From NCBI GenBank assembly GCA_028717245.1, contig JAQUOD010000007.1, positions 16,988 to 80,987 on the forward strand: DNA of 64,000 nucleotides. The letters are read 5' to 3'. The first letter of the stretch is position 1. Each line of letters starts with the position of its first letter. Source of the DNA: Candidatus Omnitrophota bacterium. GTDB lineage: Bacteria > Omnitrophota > Gorgyraeia > Gygaellales > Profunditerraquicolaceae. The notes under the pieces are model-generated. The model saw nothing but the letters and a program-made list of their open reading frames with translations. It was not told the DNA's origin and made no database searches. Below, piece after piece: positions 27,137 to 36,606 of this stretch. Made by a program: the position numbers and the translations under genes.

Positions 27137-27920
27137 TCTCGTTCATAATTTTTCTGTTTTCAGAGAATTCCTGCTCGTGCGACAATGGTATACAATTATC
27201 TAGTTTCTGTTCCCCTTGAAGGAGTCTCACCGCAAATGCAAGGCAGGTTGCTTCACCGCAGGCCTTACAATTGGTTTTGGGAAGCCAGCCGTATATCTGC
27301 AGAGCGGTTACTTTAACTTTCTCTTCATAATTAGGTTTTATCTTATCCTTATCCCGGAAGGTTTTATTTACCAATTCTTTAATTTCATTTAAGATATTCC
27401 AAGTATCAATAATGTCGTCTGCCTTGGCAATCGCTACCTTAATATTATAAAGATTAATCATCCTGCGGCCTTTAGTATAGGTCAATACAGGAAGATTCTT
27501 GTTGTAAGAAGCGCCTTTTATTATTGCATTAAGATAGGGTAAGATTTCTGAGATATCATAGTAAAAATAAGCAATGAGGCGAATTTTTGTTTCATCTGCA
27601 ATACAAGGAGCAACATAACAAAGGGTAATCGATTTTAAGAACTCTTCTTCTACGGCAGAGGGTTTATAGCCTTGCGCTTTCCTAAAAAAATCTTCTTCAT
27701 AATCACGGTACAAAAATTTATAATAACCGCTAATAATAACACCTTCATCTATTAGAAGGCGGCAGACTTCTTGGCGCCTTCCCTCCGGGACAACAACTGC
27801 TAAAGTAGATATGTGTTTAAAGCCTACTTGTCTTGTAACCAAAATCTGTTGAGCCTTTAGCCCTACGTCTTGATTAGGTAAAACTATTATTTCGTAATTT
27901 TTATCTCTATCTATTTCCAA
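27114..27920 (-). CDS. Uncharacterised protein with C-terminal RnfB/AcsC-type putative Fe-S domain
   Basis: C-terminal LPKTNCKACGEATCLAFAVRLLQGEQKLDNCIP matches the Cx2Cx4C...C 'FeS' domain found at the N-terminus of RnfB and the corrinoid Fe-S protein. The N-terminal 220 aa is not recognised. Confidence 0.4.
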   Translation of the reverse strand: MEIDRDKNYEIIVLPNQDVGLKAQQILVTRQVGFKHISTLAVVVPEGRRQEVCRLLIDEGVIISGYYKFLYRDYEEDFFRKAQGYKPSAVEEEFLKSITLCYVAPCIADETKIRLIAYFYYDISEILPYLNAIIKGASYNKNLPVLTYTKGRRMINLYNIKVAIAKADDIIDTWNILNEIKELVNKTFRDKDKIKPNYEEKVKVTALQIYGWLPKTNCKACGEATCLAFAVRLLQGEQKLDNCIPLSHEQEFSENRKIMNEIAGALGI

Positions 27921-27929
27921 TTTTAATCC

Positions 27930-28619
27930 CTAAAATATCTTTAGCAAATATACCCTTGCATAATACAGGCCAACAAGTATAAATACGATACCGGTGATCT
28001 TTCGCATGTAATATTCCAGCTTTGTCATTCGGTTAAACCAAGGCTTAAGTGATGTTACCCCAAGCGTAATCACAAAGGCAAATAACAAAACCGGTAAACC
28101 CGTTCCAAGGCCGTAAATAAACGGAAGCGTTGTTCCTAATTGAGATTTAAGCGCAAGCGGTATGAGGCTGCCGAAAAAGAGGGCCGTAGAGATTGGACAA
28201 AAAACCAGGGCAAAAATCAGGCCTAAAGCAAATGCCCCACCCGCTCCTGCTTGGGCAAGCCTATTTTGATGTTTTTCAGAAAGCGAGAAACTGGGGATAT
28301 TGAATTTGATCATGTCTAATAAAAACAACCCTGTAAAAATCAGAATCGGGCCGAATGCCTTATTCATGTATTTCTGCAAGAAATTTGCCATCACCGGTAC
28401 GCTAAGAATAGAACTTATAGTGACAAAACCTAACGTAGCATACGAGAGCATCCTGCCAATTGTATAAGAGAACCCCGATATTAATACTGCTTTGGGATGA
28501 ATGATTTTCTTAGATAGGAAAGAAATAGCAGCGATATTTGTAGCAAGAGGGCAAGGGCTGATAGAAGTTAATATGCCCAGCCAAAGCGCTGATATTAACC
28601 CGACAAATATACTGTCCAT
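27930..28619 (-). CDS. CcdA/DsbD-family transmembrane thiol-disulfide electron transporter
   Basis: Polytopic membrane protein with conserved Cys in SPCPLA and FCPIS, as in DsbD_2/CcdA. Confidence 0.65.
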   Translation of the reverse strand: MDSIFVGLISALWLGILTSISPCPLATNIAAISFLSKKIIHPKAVLISGFSYTIGRMLSYATLGFVTISSILSVPVMANFLQKYMNKAFGPILIFTGLFLLDMIKFNIPSFSLSEKHQNRLAQAGAGGAFALGLIFALVFCPISTALFFGSLIPLALKSQLGTTLPFIYGLGTGLPVLLFAFVITLGVTSLKPWFNRMTKLEYYMRKITGIVFILVGLYYARVYLLKIF

Positions 28620-29059
28620 TAAAGCTCCTTTAAAAATGCAGCTATTTCATCCCGGACATAATTGTAAAATCTCTGCTTATTACCGGCATATCCCCATATC
28701 TTTGTAAGATTCTTAAATTTTTCTTCCTTACCACCCCTTACGAGGGAAATCATCAGCGATTTGGTGTAAAGTTGATAATCGTTAACAAAATGCTCGTTGG
28801 ATTTTTCGTCAACATTAACTGTTTTAAACACTATCTTTCCGGATGTAAGCTCATCCTTGAAGTTAGCCTCTATTGCCTCCTTTGAGTATTGTTCTAATTT
28901 GTGACAAGTCGGGCAACGGAATGTACCGTGGAAATAATAGGCCATAACATAATTCTTCGGCACAAAAGTAGCGGCTTCTTCGGAAAAACATTTAAGCGTA
29001 AAGATAACGGCAAAAAAGAACAAAAAGGAAAGTATCATAAAGAGAAGCTTGCTTCGCAT
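28619..29059 (-). CDS. Membrane-anchored thioredoxin-fold protein (CxxC)
   Basis: N-terminal TM/signal anchor, then FRCPTCHKLE with a CPTC active-site-like motif. Confidence 0.5.
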   Translation of the reverse strand: MRSKLLFMILSFLFFFAVIFTLKCFSEEAATFVPKNYVMAYYFHGTFRCPTCHKLEQYSKEAIEANFKDELTSGKIVFKTVNVDEKSNEHFVNDYQLYTKSLMISLVRGGKEEKFKNLTKIWGYAGNKQRFYNYVRDEIAAFLKEL

Positions 29060-29078
29060 GTCAACTCCTTTTAACTTA

Positions 29079-29438
29079 TTACGGATTATTTTTGATTATT
29101 TCTTTTATGGCTGAAACCGCCTCTTCCGTGGTTTTATTTCTGATATCTAGTGGGATATGCTTTGTTTTATCAAAACCCACTGCCTCAAAGGCATCCCTGA
29201 ACATCTTCTGCTGCATTAAAGGGTCGCATGCCGCGACATACAGTTTATCTATATCCTTATTATCAAGTAAAATTTTAAGATATTGGTCGCCGTCATCCGC
29301 GCAAAGCTGGGGGTGCAAAGAAACAAAATCTACAATTTTCTCCCTACGGATAGCATTTAGAACTTCTATAGTATCCATTTTCTTAAACGATGGGCAGGTG
29401 CCTTGGCAGATACAAAGAATTAAACCTTTTTTAGCCAT
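29079..29438 (-). CDS. Small Cys-rich putative redox protein (distant MvhD/FlpD-like?)
   Basis: LILCICQGTCPSF and a VAACDP motif. The family assignment is uncertain. Confidence 0.3.
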   Translation of the reverse strand: MAKKGLILCICQGTCPSFKKMDTIEVLNAIRREKIVDFVSLHPQLCADDGDQYLKILLDNKDIDKLYVAACDPLMQQKMFRDAFEAVGFDKTKHIPLDIRNKTTEEAVSAIKEIIKNNP

Positions 29439-29439
29439 G

Positions 29440-29655
29440 CTATTTGCCTCCTTTTCTATCGCCGAAAAATTTTATTGCCTTCTGATCGCAGATTTTGCCG
29501 CACCCTTTACAGAATTCTACACAGTTTTCCGGATGCGAAACTTTAGACTTTCCATCAGGCCCTATTTCGAATACTCCGTGCGGGCAAAAATTATAACATT
29601 GCATACATCCGGCGCATTTAGTATAATCTATTATAGGATACCAGTTCTTAGCCAT
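29440..29655 (-). CDS. 2x[4Fe-4S] ferredoxin
   Basis: CAGCMQCYNFCP and CVEFCKGCGKIC are two Cx2Cx2Cx3CP-type motifs in 71 aa. Confidence 0.7.
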   Translation of the reverse strand: MAKNWYPIIDYTKCAGCMQCYNFCPHGVFEIGPDGKSKVSHPENCVEFCKGCGKICDQKAIKFFGDRKGGK

Positions 29656-29666
29656 TTATCGTTCCT

Positions 29667-29903
29667 TTACTTTGCCAAGATCCATTTTTTTATTTCATCC
29701 GGCGTAGGGATTCTGCCCGCAGCCTTCACCTCGCCGTCTATCGCAATCGCAGGCGTTGTCATAATACCGTAACCAATGATTTTCTGTATATCTTCCACTT
29801 TAACCACCTCTGCCTGCGCATTCAGCTCCTTTATTGCAACTTGAGCGTTTTCGTAGAGTTTCTTGCATTTTGGGCAACCCATGCCTAGAATTTCAATCTT
29901 CAC
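29667..29903 (-). CDS. Thioredoxin-family 'redox-active disulfide protein 2'
   Basis: 78 aa, MKIEILGMGCPKCKKL with CPKC in a thioredoxin-like fold. The size and motif fit the small thioredoxin-like proteins recurrently linked to ars and DUF318 permease genes. Confidence 0.7.
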   Translation of the reverse strand: MKIEILGMGCPKCKKLYENAQVAIKELNAQAEVVKVEDIQKIIGYGIMTTPAIAIDGEVKAAGRIPTPDEIKKWILAK

Positions 29904-29922
29904 CTTGCTCCTCCGTTTAACG

Positions 29923-30393
29923 TTAAAGCGCCACTACTTTACATCCTTTATCTTTAATGATCAAAACAGCGCACGAAGCTTTTCGTGCTACCTTTTCTGC
30001 TGTAGAGCCCAAGAGCGCGTGTTTTATGTCGCTTCTACCCCGGCTTGACATAACAATCAGGTCCATACATCTACTCCTAGCAAACTTCACAATCTCCACA
30101 AAAGGATGGCCTTCCTTTATCAGGCCACCGACATAAAGGTGTTTTGGGATATAGGATTTAAACTCTTCAAGCCTTTTTCTGTTTTCAACTATAAAATCTT
30201 TATGGATTTTATTGCAAATGCCTTCCAATGGAGGGTGGACTTTATGGATTTGCTCCATATGGAATAGGTCTTCTTCCACGTGAAGGAGAAAAATCTTTCC
30301 GCCACAGCATTCGGCTAACTTTACCGCTTCAGCCAATGCCTTTCTTGAAAAATGCGAAAAATCAATCGGCACTAATATCTTCTTAAACTGCAT
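29923..30393 (-). CDS. Universal stress protein (UspA family)
   Basis: 156 aa with ILVPIDFS...LIVMSSRGRS...GSTAEKV blocks. Confidence 0.7.
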   Translation of the reverse strand: MQFKKILVPIDFSHFSRKALAEAVKLAECCGGKIFLLHVEEDLFHMEQIHKVHPPLEGICNKIHKDFIVENRKRLEEFKSYIPKHLYVGGLIKEGHPFVEIVKFARSRCMDLIVMSSRGRSDIKHALLGSTAEKVARKASCAVLIIKDKGCKVVAL

Positions 30394-30406
30394 TTGGCTC
30401 CTCCTT

Positions 30407-31201
30407 TTATTTTTTTACAGCCGAAACTTTTATGCTTACTACCACATCTTGAGCGGCCTTAAGATTATCAAACATGGCATCCACCGGATAGCTCGATTCG
30501 TTAATCACCTCAACATCCCGAAAACCTGCCATTGTTATTAGATTTAAATATTTATCCTTCTTGATCGCTCCGGCAAGACAGCCTACATACGCCTCAACTG
30601 AATCCTTAATCTCTTTAGGCAGATCTTTAGCAAGCGCCAAATCTGAAACCATCAGTCTTCCTCCAGGCCTTAAAACCCTAAAGGCTTCCTTAAAGACACT
30701 TTGTTTATCCAGAGATAAATTAATCACGCAGTTGGAAATAATCACATCGATAGAATTATCCTCGACTGGCAATTTTTCAATCTCGCCAAGCCTGAATTCA
30801 ACGTTTTTATAGTTGCCTTTCCTGGCATTTGCGTTAGCCTTTTCTATCATTTCAGGGGTCATATCAACGCCAATAACTTTGCCTGTATTTCCGACGCGAG
30901 ACGAGGCAAGAAAAACATCAAACCCGGCACCGCTACCTAAGTCAAGCACAACATCGCCTTCTTGAAGCGAGATGACAGCCACCGGATTGCCGCAACCTAA
31001 TCCGAGATTAGCGCCTTCGGGGACAATATTTATTTCTTCATCGCTATAACCTACGCTTTTACTTATAACCTTGGACGAACCGGTATTTCCACAGCAAGAG
31101 CTGTTTGGACAACACGAAACACCTTGTGTCGCAACTTTAGCGTATCCTTCTTTTACAATTTTTTTTATCTCATTCGATTTGTTTTTCATAGACCGCCTCA
31201 A
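30407..31201 (-). CDS. arsM: Arsenite S-adenosylmethionine methyltransferase
   Basis: VLDLGSGAGFD SAM motif I plus the N-terminal Cys pair (CCPNSSCCG) and later Cys residues typical of ArsM. It sits in an ars context. Confidence 0.75.
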   Translation of the reverse strand: MRRSMKNKSNEIKKIVKEGYAKVATQGVSCCPNSSCCGNTGSSKVISKSVGYSDEEINIVPEGANLGLGCGNPVAVISLQEGDVVLDLGSGAGFDVFLASSRVGNTGKVIGVDMTPEMIEKANANARKGNYKNVEFRLGEIEKLPVEDNSIDVIISNCVINLSLDKQSVFKEAFRVLRPGGRLMVSDLALAKDLPKEIKDSVEAYVGCLAGAIKKDKYLNLITMAGFRDVEVINESSYPVDAMFDNLKAAQDVVVSIKVSAVKK

Positions 31202-31204
31202 TAG

Positions 31205-32377
31205 TTATTTAACGATAAAACCAAAAACCATTCCGGTTATTGTAGCCATAATCACCACTAAACTTACATAAACAGCCGTCTTTTTTATACCCATTATGCT
31301 GCGAAGAACAAGCATACTCGGTAGGCTTAAGGTCGGGCCTGCTAAAAGTAGCGCTAAGGCCGGCCCCTTGCCCATACCCGCATTCATCAAACCCTGCAGT
31401 ATTGGCACCTCAGTAAGCGTAGCAAAATACATGAATGCTGCGACGATTGACGAGAAAAAATTTGCCCAAAGAGAATTACCACCTACGAGCGCCATTACAT
31501 AACGTGAGGGAATGACACCTTCGTGACCTACCCGCCCAAGCAGAAAACCGGAAATAAGCACTCCGCCTAATAATAAAGGAAGGATTTGTAAAGCAAAACC
31601 CCACGTCGCTCCAGTCCACTCTTTTAATTCTTCTTTTTTGAACCATTTAATAAACATAACGGCTAAGCTCACAAGCGAAAAACCGGCAATCCACCATTTG
31701 TACTGGTAAATTAATGACCATATCCCATTATTACCCTCAAGAGGCTTCCCCCAGTTAGCAAATACGAGGAACGTAACCATCGAAGCAAAATAAAGAACCG
31801 TTTTACCTAAAGAACGAGCCTCTTTTATTTCACCTGTATTAAAATCGCCGTTTGCATGGCGCGCTCTTTCTTCTTTTAAGAATATCAGGTGCATTAATAA
31901 ACCAATAATTACACTAAATGCCACCGCGCCTATTGCCCTAGCTAATCCAAGCTGCCATCCGAGGATACGCGCAGTCAAGATAATCGCGAGAACGTTTATA
32001 GCCGGTCCGGAATAAAGGAATGCAATAGCAGAACCAAGCCCGGCTCCTCTTTTATAAATACCGGCAAAAAGCGGCAGGACCGTGCAAGAACATACTGCTA
32101 AGATTGTTCCTGAAACAGAAGCAACGCTATAGGAGAGGAATTTATTTGCTTTTGTGCCGAAGTACTTCAAGACAGACGCCTGACTGACAAATACTGAAAT
32201 GGCCCCTGCGATAAAAAATGCCGGAATAAGACAAAGAAGCACGTGTTCTCTGGCATACCATTTCACCAATGCCAATGCTTCAAATATCGCATTACTAAAA
32301 CGCACGTTCTCTATGGGCAGGTAAAAACATGCCAGAAATATAGCGGTAATATATAAGAATTTCTTCCATTCTTTCAT
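31205..32377 (-). CDS. arsP: DUF318/ArsP-like permease (putative organoarsenical efflux permease)
   Basis: Polytopic membrane protein of 390 aa with a CSC motif in a TM segment (ILAVCSCTVLP). Adjacent to arsM and to the redox-active disulfide protein. Confidence 0.55.
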   Translation of the reverse strand: MKEWKKFLYITAIFLACFYLPIENVRFSNAIFEALALVKWYAREHVLLCLIPAFFIAGAISVFVSQASVLKYFGTKANKFLSYSVASVSGTILAVCSCTVLPLFAGIYKRGAGLGSAIAFLYSGPAINVLAIILTARILGWQLGLARAIGAVAFSVIIGLLMHLIFLKEERARHANGDFNTGEIKEARSLGKTVLYFASMVTFLVFANWGKPLEGNNGIWSLIYQYKWWIAGFSLVSLAVMFIKWFKKEELKEWTGATWGFALQILPLLLGGVLISGFLLGRVGHEGVIPSRYVMALVGGNSLWANFFSSIVAAFMYFATLTEVPILQGLMNAGMGKGPALALLLAGPTLSLPSMLVLRSIMGIKKTAVYVSLVVIMATITGMVFGFIVK

Positions 32378-32679
32378 TTTTTTCTCCTACCTACAACTTT
32401 GCAACAACCGCCTTCGATACGAATGGCCTTAATATTAACCAGGCCATCGGCGATTTTCCTGTGAGCTGATGTTATAATACGCGAGAATGTCGGGCGCGAG
32501 ATCTTCATCTTCTTCGCAGCATCAATTTGTTTTAAGCCCTCTAAGCACCCAAGCCTTATCGCTTCAAATTCATCAAGGGTTAAATATACGCCCTCTAATT
32601 TATTTAAAGGCCTGCAACGCGGCTTAAAACACCGCTCGCCAGGCATACACTTTATCCATCTCGTCTTTTTAGGCCGCAA
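32374..32679 (-). CDS. DUF134/UPF0251 family predicted DNA-binding protein (putative operon regulator); TTG start
   Basis: LTLDEFEAIRLGCLEGLKQIDAAKKMKISRPTFSRIITSAHRKIADGL has the sigma-70 region 4-like HTH typical of DUF134. AAAGGAG RBS is present. It is the first gene of the operon and overlaps arsP by 4 nt. Confidence 0.6.
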   Translation of the reverse strand: MRPKKTRWIKCMPGERCFKPRCRPLNKLEGVYLTLDEFEAIRLGCLEGLKQIDAAKKMKISRPTFSRIITSAHRKIADGLVNIKAIRIEGGCCKVVGRRKK

Positions 32680-32694
32680 AATATACTCCTTTAG

Positions 32695-32714
32695 TTATGA
32701 ACACATGTTCATAA
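32695..32714. promoter_or_regulatory. Perfect 20 bp palindrome (putative operator) in the promoter region of the ars/redox operon
   Basis: TTATGAACA-CA-TGTTCATAA lies 15-35 nt upstream of the DUF134 start codon. Confidence 0.5.
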
Positions 32715-32792
32715 CAATTTTACCATAATAAGCTATTTTGTCAATAAAGAATTATTGGAATTAAATTTGTAATGCGGGTTTTAAATAGAGGG

Positions 32793-33740
32793 CTAGAAAG
32801 GATCCTGGCCTTTTTTGTATTTCAAATAGTCCTGCAGGATTTCCTTATGGTCAAAAACGAAACTCAACTTTTCAATTTCATCTATTTTTACTACTTTTAA
32901 TGCTGCTGCGTCGTCTCCAGCCTTAGGTTTACCCTTGCCTTTTGCGATAAATACCGTGCCTATGGTGTGAAAGCGCGGGTCGCGCTCAGCCTTAGAATAA
33001 GTATGGAATTGTTTTAAACCTTCTAAATCCAAGCCGGTCTCTTCCTTTGCTTCTCTGGTTACTGCCTCTTCTAAACTCTCCCCGTAATCCACAAATCCTC
33101 CGGGGATAGCCCAGCCAAAAGGAGGATTACTCCTCTCTATGATTACTATGTCCTCGTCAATTTCAATTATGGCATCCACGGTAGTAAAGGGTCCGCTCTG
33201 TAACTTCTGGGTAATATATTCCAGATAGCTTGTCACGCCTTTATGAAAAATATCAAATGCTTCTTTATCGTAAAGACAAAATATAATTTCCTTGAGGCTG
33301 GGCCCGTCTTCCCTCAAATGCCTGAACACCTCCTGGGACATTATTTTGGCAGCCGCTAATAAAGAAAAACCCCCCACTCCGCAGCCTAAGGCCGGAAAGG
33401 CAACAGATCTTATTTTTAAATCCCTGGCTGCCCGCAGCGCGTTTTTACAGGATTCCCGGATTTTTATTTCATCGGTTTTGAAATCCATACCCATGGTGGC
33501 AGCGTGAATTACATATTTAGCGGATAAGTTACCCGCAGAAGTAAAAATTGCCTCGCCTATTTTTATCGGCCCTTTTTTTACTGCCTCATCTTCAATTGCT
33601 TTACCGCCCTTCTGTTTGATGGCGCCGGCAACACCCCCGCCCATCACCAGTTTATTATTAGCGGCATTCACTATGGCATCAACCTTTAACGCGGTAATAT
33701 CACCCTGGATAATTTTTATTTCTGTATCTTTAATAAACAT
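32793..33740 (-). CDS. Macro domain (ADP-ribose/O-acetyl-ADP-ribose processing) fused to NUDIX hydrolase
   Basis: N-terminal [32 protein letters not shown] is a macro domain. C-terminal [24 protein letters not shown] is a Nudix box. Confidence 0.8.
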   Translation of the reverse strand: MFIKDTEIKIIQGDITALKVDAIVNAANNKLVMGGGVAGAIKQKGGKAIEDEAVKKGPIKIGEAIFTSAGNLSAKYVIHAATMGMDFKTDEIKIRESCKNALRAARDLKIRSVAFPALGCGVGGFSLLAAAKIMSQEVFRHLREDGPSLKEIIFCLYDKEAFDIFHKGVTSYLEYITQKLQSGPFTTVDAIIEIDEDIVIIERSNPPFGWAIPGGFVDYGESLEEAVTREAKEETGLDLEGLKQFHTYSKAERDPRFHTIGTVFIAKGKGKPKAGDDAAALKVVKIDEIEKLSFVFDHKEILQDYLKYKKGQDPF

Positions 33741-34108
33741 TCTCCACCCCGTTTATTTTTATATTTAAGGAAAAGATAAAACCCGATTATCCCCAAGGTA
33801 TCAATGATGACGTCCGGAATATTACCGGACCTGCCGAAAACAAAGAGTTGATGTATTTCATCCGAAACGGCATATAAAAACGTTAAACTAAAAGGCCAGA
33901 AAAATAAACTCCAGAAAGAAAGGCGAAAAGTCCCTTTAAACGCGCGGTATAAGAGAAAAACCAGAATAAAATATTCGCTCATATGCGCGAGCTTCCTGAA
34001 AAACAAATCCCAAATCCCCCAGCCCGTGCTTAATTGCGGGATACTGGAAAGAAAGAAGATGGCCGCGCACCAGAAAAAAACCGGTAACCATAACTTAATA
34101 AATTTCAT
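33716..34108 (-). CDS. VanZ-like family membrane protein
   Basis: [14 protein letters not shown]...[25 protein letters not shown] matches the VanZ conserved blocks. Confidence 0.6.
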   Translation of the reverse strand: MKFIKLWLPVFFWCAAIFFLSSIPQLSTGWGIWDLFFRKLAHMSEYFILVFLLYRAFKGTFRLSFWSLFFWPFSLTFLYAVSDEIHQLFVFGRSGNIPDVIIDTLGIIGFYLFLKYKNKRGGECLLKIQK

Positions 34109-34214
34109 AAATTAATATTTTATAGATAATATTATATTTAGCGGGTGGCACTAAGGATGCCTCGAGCCAAATTTGGCGAGAGGCGCCCCGTGTGACAGGA
34201 CCCGCTAAATATCA

Positions 34215-35648
34215 TTATTTAATAAATTTTCTGGCTAATTTTAGGGCTTCCTTTTTAGTCTTTATTTTACCGATTGCCTGCAATTCCTCGATCTCGCGCA
34301 GGATCTTCCCAATTAAAGGCGAAGGCTCCAGTTTAAAATTCCTGATCAGGTCATCGCCGCTAACGAGGCGCGCGGGTTTCTTCTCTTTTTTTCTTTTAAA
34401 ATATTCCTTAAGTAAATCTAAGGCGACTTTTTCATGCTGCAGGCGCGATTTCCTGGAAGTTAACGGCCCTCTTGTTGAACGCTGGTCAGCCAGAGAGATT
34501 AAAAGGATGCTTGCTGCCTCATTACCCGTATCGCGAAAATAGCGGAATATGGCACGGCTAGTTAAACTCTGGTTATCCGCAAGATAACCCGGCCTTAAAT
34601 GCCAAAGGACCATCTTTTCCAAGGAACTCAATTCATCATTAGAAAGTTTCAGGCGCTGGGCAACTGCCCTGGTAATATCCCTGCCTATCCTCTCGTGGCC
34701 GTGAAACTTGGTCTTGCCGTCTTCGCGGCGCAAGGCAGCGGGTTTTCCTGTATCATGCAGGAGCGCGCCTAATTTAATAATCGTGCGCCTGCGGCGGTTA
34801 ACCGAAATAAATTCATCCAGATAATCCTGCACCTGGCGGTTATTTTTTAATTCCGTAATTAAAAGCTCAAGCTGCCTCAACGTCTCTAAGGTGTGCCCCC
34901 AGACATCCAAATGATGATACGGCCCCTGCCTTAACTTACGCATCACTTCAATTTCAGGGATAATGATTCTCAGGAGTTTTAATTTATCCAACTGCAAAAT
35001 ATAAATGAAAGAATCCGGCCTCTCCAGGATTTTATATAATTCATCGCGTATGCGTTCAAAAGAAACGCCTGATAAACGCCTGGCCTTTAATTTTACGCCC
35101 CTTAGCGTGTCTTTATCTATTTTGAAACCTAAAGTAGCTGCCAAACTAAAGGCGCGTAATAAGCGTAGAGGATCTTCATCAAATGCTTTCTCATTCACCA
35201 ACCGGATTATCCTGGCTTTTAAATCTTCCCTGCCCTGGTAAGGATCAATGAGCAGCTCCTCTAATCTATTATCCCGCAAAGACTCTCCCAATTCCACAGC
35301 CAGGGCATTAATGGTAAAATCGCGGTGTTTAAGGTCATCCTCCAGGGTCTTTCCGCGAAAATCCGTAAAATCCAGGGTATAGGTTTTATCCTTTATTTTC
35401 TTTACTAGACGCGCGCAGCCATGCTCCTTATCCAAAACCACAAAACCCGCCCGGATTTCTCTGGCAAGGTTCCTGGCAAAATTTATCGCGCCTTTTTTAA
35501 GGCAGAAGTCAATATCCGGGTTGTCTTTTTCTCTCTGAAGGAGCGCATCACGCAGATATCCTCCTACCAAATAGAGTTTTATCTTTTTAGTTTGAGATAA
35601 CTTTAAAATTATTTTTAGCAGATTGCTTACGGCAGGTGGGAATTCCAT
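34215..35648 (-). CDS. cca: CCA-adding tRNA nucleotidyltransferase with HD domain
   Basis: LVGGYLRDALL...DIDF is the pol-beta NT motif, and HDTGK is the HD domain. Confidence 0.8.
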   Translation of the reverse strand: MEFPPAVSNLLKIILKLSQTKKIKLYLVGGYLRDALLQREKDNPDIDFCLKKGAINFARNLAREIRAGFVVLDKEHGCARLVKKIKDKTYTLDFTDFRGKTLEDDLKHRDFTINALAVELGESLRDNRLEELLIDPYQGREDLKARIIRLVNEKAFDEDPLRLLRAFSLAATLGFKIDKDTLRGVKLKARRLSGVSFERIRDELYKILERPDSFIYILQLDKLKLLRIIIPEIEVMRKLRQGPYHHLDVWGHTLETLRQLELLITELKNNRQVQDYLDEFISVNRRRRTIIKLGALLHDTGKPAALRREDGKTKFHGHERIGRDITRAVAQRLKLSNDELSSLEKMVLWHLRPGYLADNQSLTSRAIFRYFRDTGNEAASILLISLADQRSTRGPLTSRKSRLQHEKVALDLLKEYFKRKKEKKPARLVSGDDLIRNFKLEPSPLIGKILREIEELQAIGKIKTKKEALKLARKFIK

Positions 35649-35660
35649 AGAGAAAGGTAT

Positions 35661-36077
35661 TTATTCTATCGGTTTTTTGTTAAAGACCTCTGACTGTTTA
35701 ATGATATCGTCCTCGACGAATATCGGCGCGTGCGCCCTGACTGCCAAGGCAATGCTGTCTGAAGGCCGGGCATCAATGACCTTAGTTTCTCCGGAACGCG
35801 TCTTGATTACGAGTTTAGCATGAAAGGTATTTTCTTCCAGTTTATCGATAATAACCTTTTCAATATTCGCTTCCAGGTTTTCAATCATAGTATGCAGCAA
35901 GTCGTGGGTTAAGGGGCGTGGCGGCACAAAACCACTGATCTTCAATTTTATCGCCGAGGCCTCATGCAGCCCGATAACGATAGGCAGAATCCTGTTTCCT
36001 GCCTTCTCCTTTAAAACGATGAGCTGGTCATGCCTCTTCTCATCAATCACGATTTTGTTTAACTCCATCTCAACCAT
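35661..36077 (-). CDS. Bifunctional nuclease family protein (DUF151/BFN)
   Basis: ARPSDSIALAVRAHAPIFV is the characteristic DUF151 motif. Confidence 0.65.
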   Translation of the reverse strand: MVEMELNKIVIDEKRHDQLIVLKEKAGNRILPIVIGLHEASAIKLKISGFVPPRPLTHDLLHTMIENLEANIEKVIIDKLEENTFHAKLVIKTRSGETKVIDARPSDSIALAVRAHAPIFVEDDIIKQSEVFNKKPIE

Positions 36078-36095
36078 CGATTATTACCTCTTATA

Positions 36096-36590
36096 TTATT
36101 TAGCCAAACGGCCGCCGGATTTCTGCGCCGGGCGCTTCTCTTTGCCTAAGATATCTTTTAACTCTACCATAAACTGCCCGACATCCTTAAACTGCCTGTA
36201 TACCGAGGCAAACCGCACATAAGCCACGTCGTCTAAAGACTTTAATTTTTCCATAACCAGTTCACCTATCTTAGAAGAAGGCGCTTCGCGGTCGGATTTC
36301 TTCTGCAGCGCCCGCTCCACCAGTGTCACAATCTCTTCCATCTTCTCGGTGCTAATCGGCCTCTTCTCGCAGGCCTTGGCCACTCCTGATAAAAGCTTTT
36401 TGCGGTCAAAGGGCTCTCGCCGGCCGTCTTTTTTTATCACTAATAAGGAAACCTCTTCAATGTATTCGTAAGTAGTAAACCGCTTGCCGCATTTTAAACA
36501 TTCTCGCCTGCGCCGGACAGCGGATTCCTCTGCGGTAGAGCGCGAATCTACAACCTTATCTTCTTTATAGCCGCAATAGGGACATTTCAT
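36096..36590 (-). CDS. nrdR: Transcriptional repressor NrdR
   Basis: [17 protein letters not shown]...[12 protein letters not shown] Zn-ribbon plus ATP-cone. Confidence 0.9.
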   Translation of the reverse strand: MKCPYCGYKEDKVVDSRSTAEESAVRRRRECLKCGKRFTTYEYIEEVSLLVIKKDGRREPFDRKKLLSGVAKACEKRPISTEKMEEIVTLVERALQKKSDREAPSSKIGELVMEKLKSLDDVAYVRFASVYRQFKDVGQFMVELKDILGKEKRPAQKSGGRLAK

Positions 36591-36606
36591 TTAGTTTTAG
36601 ATAATC

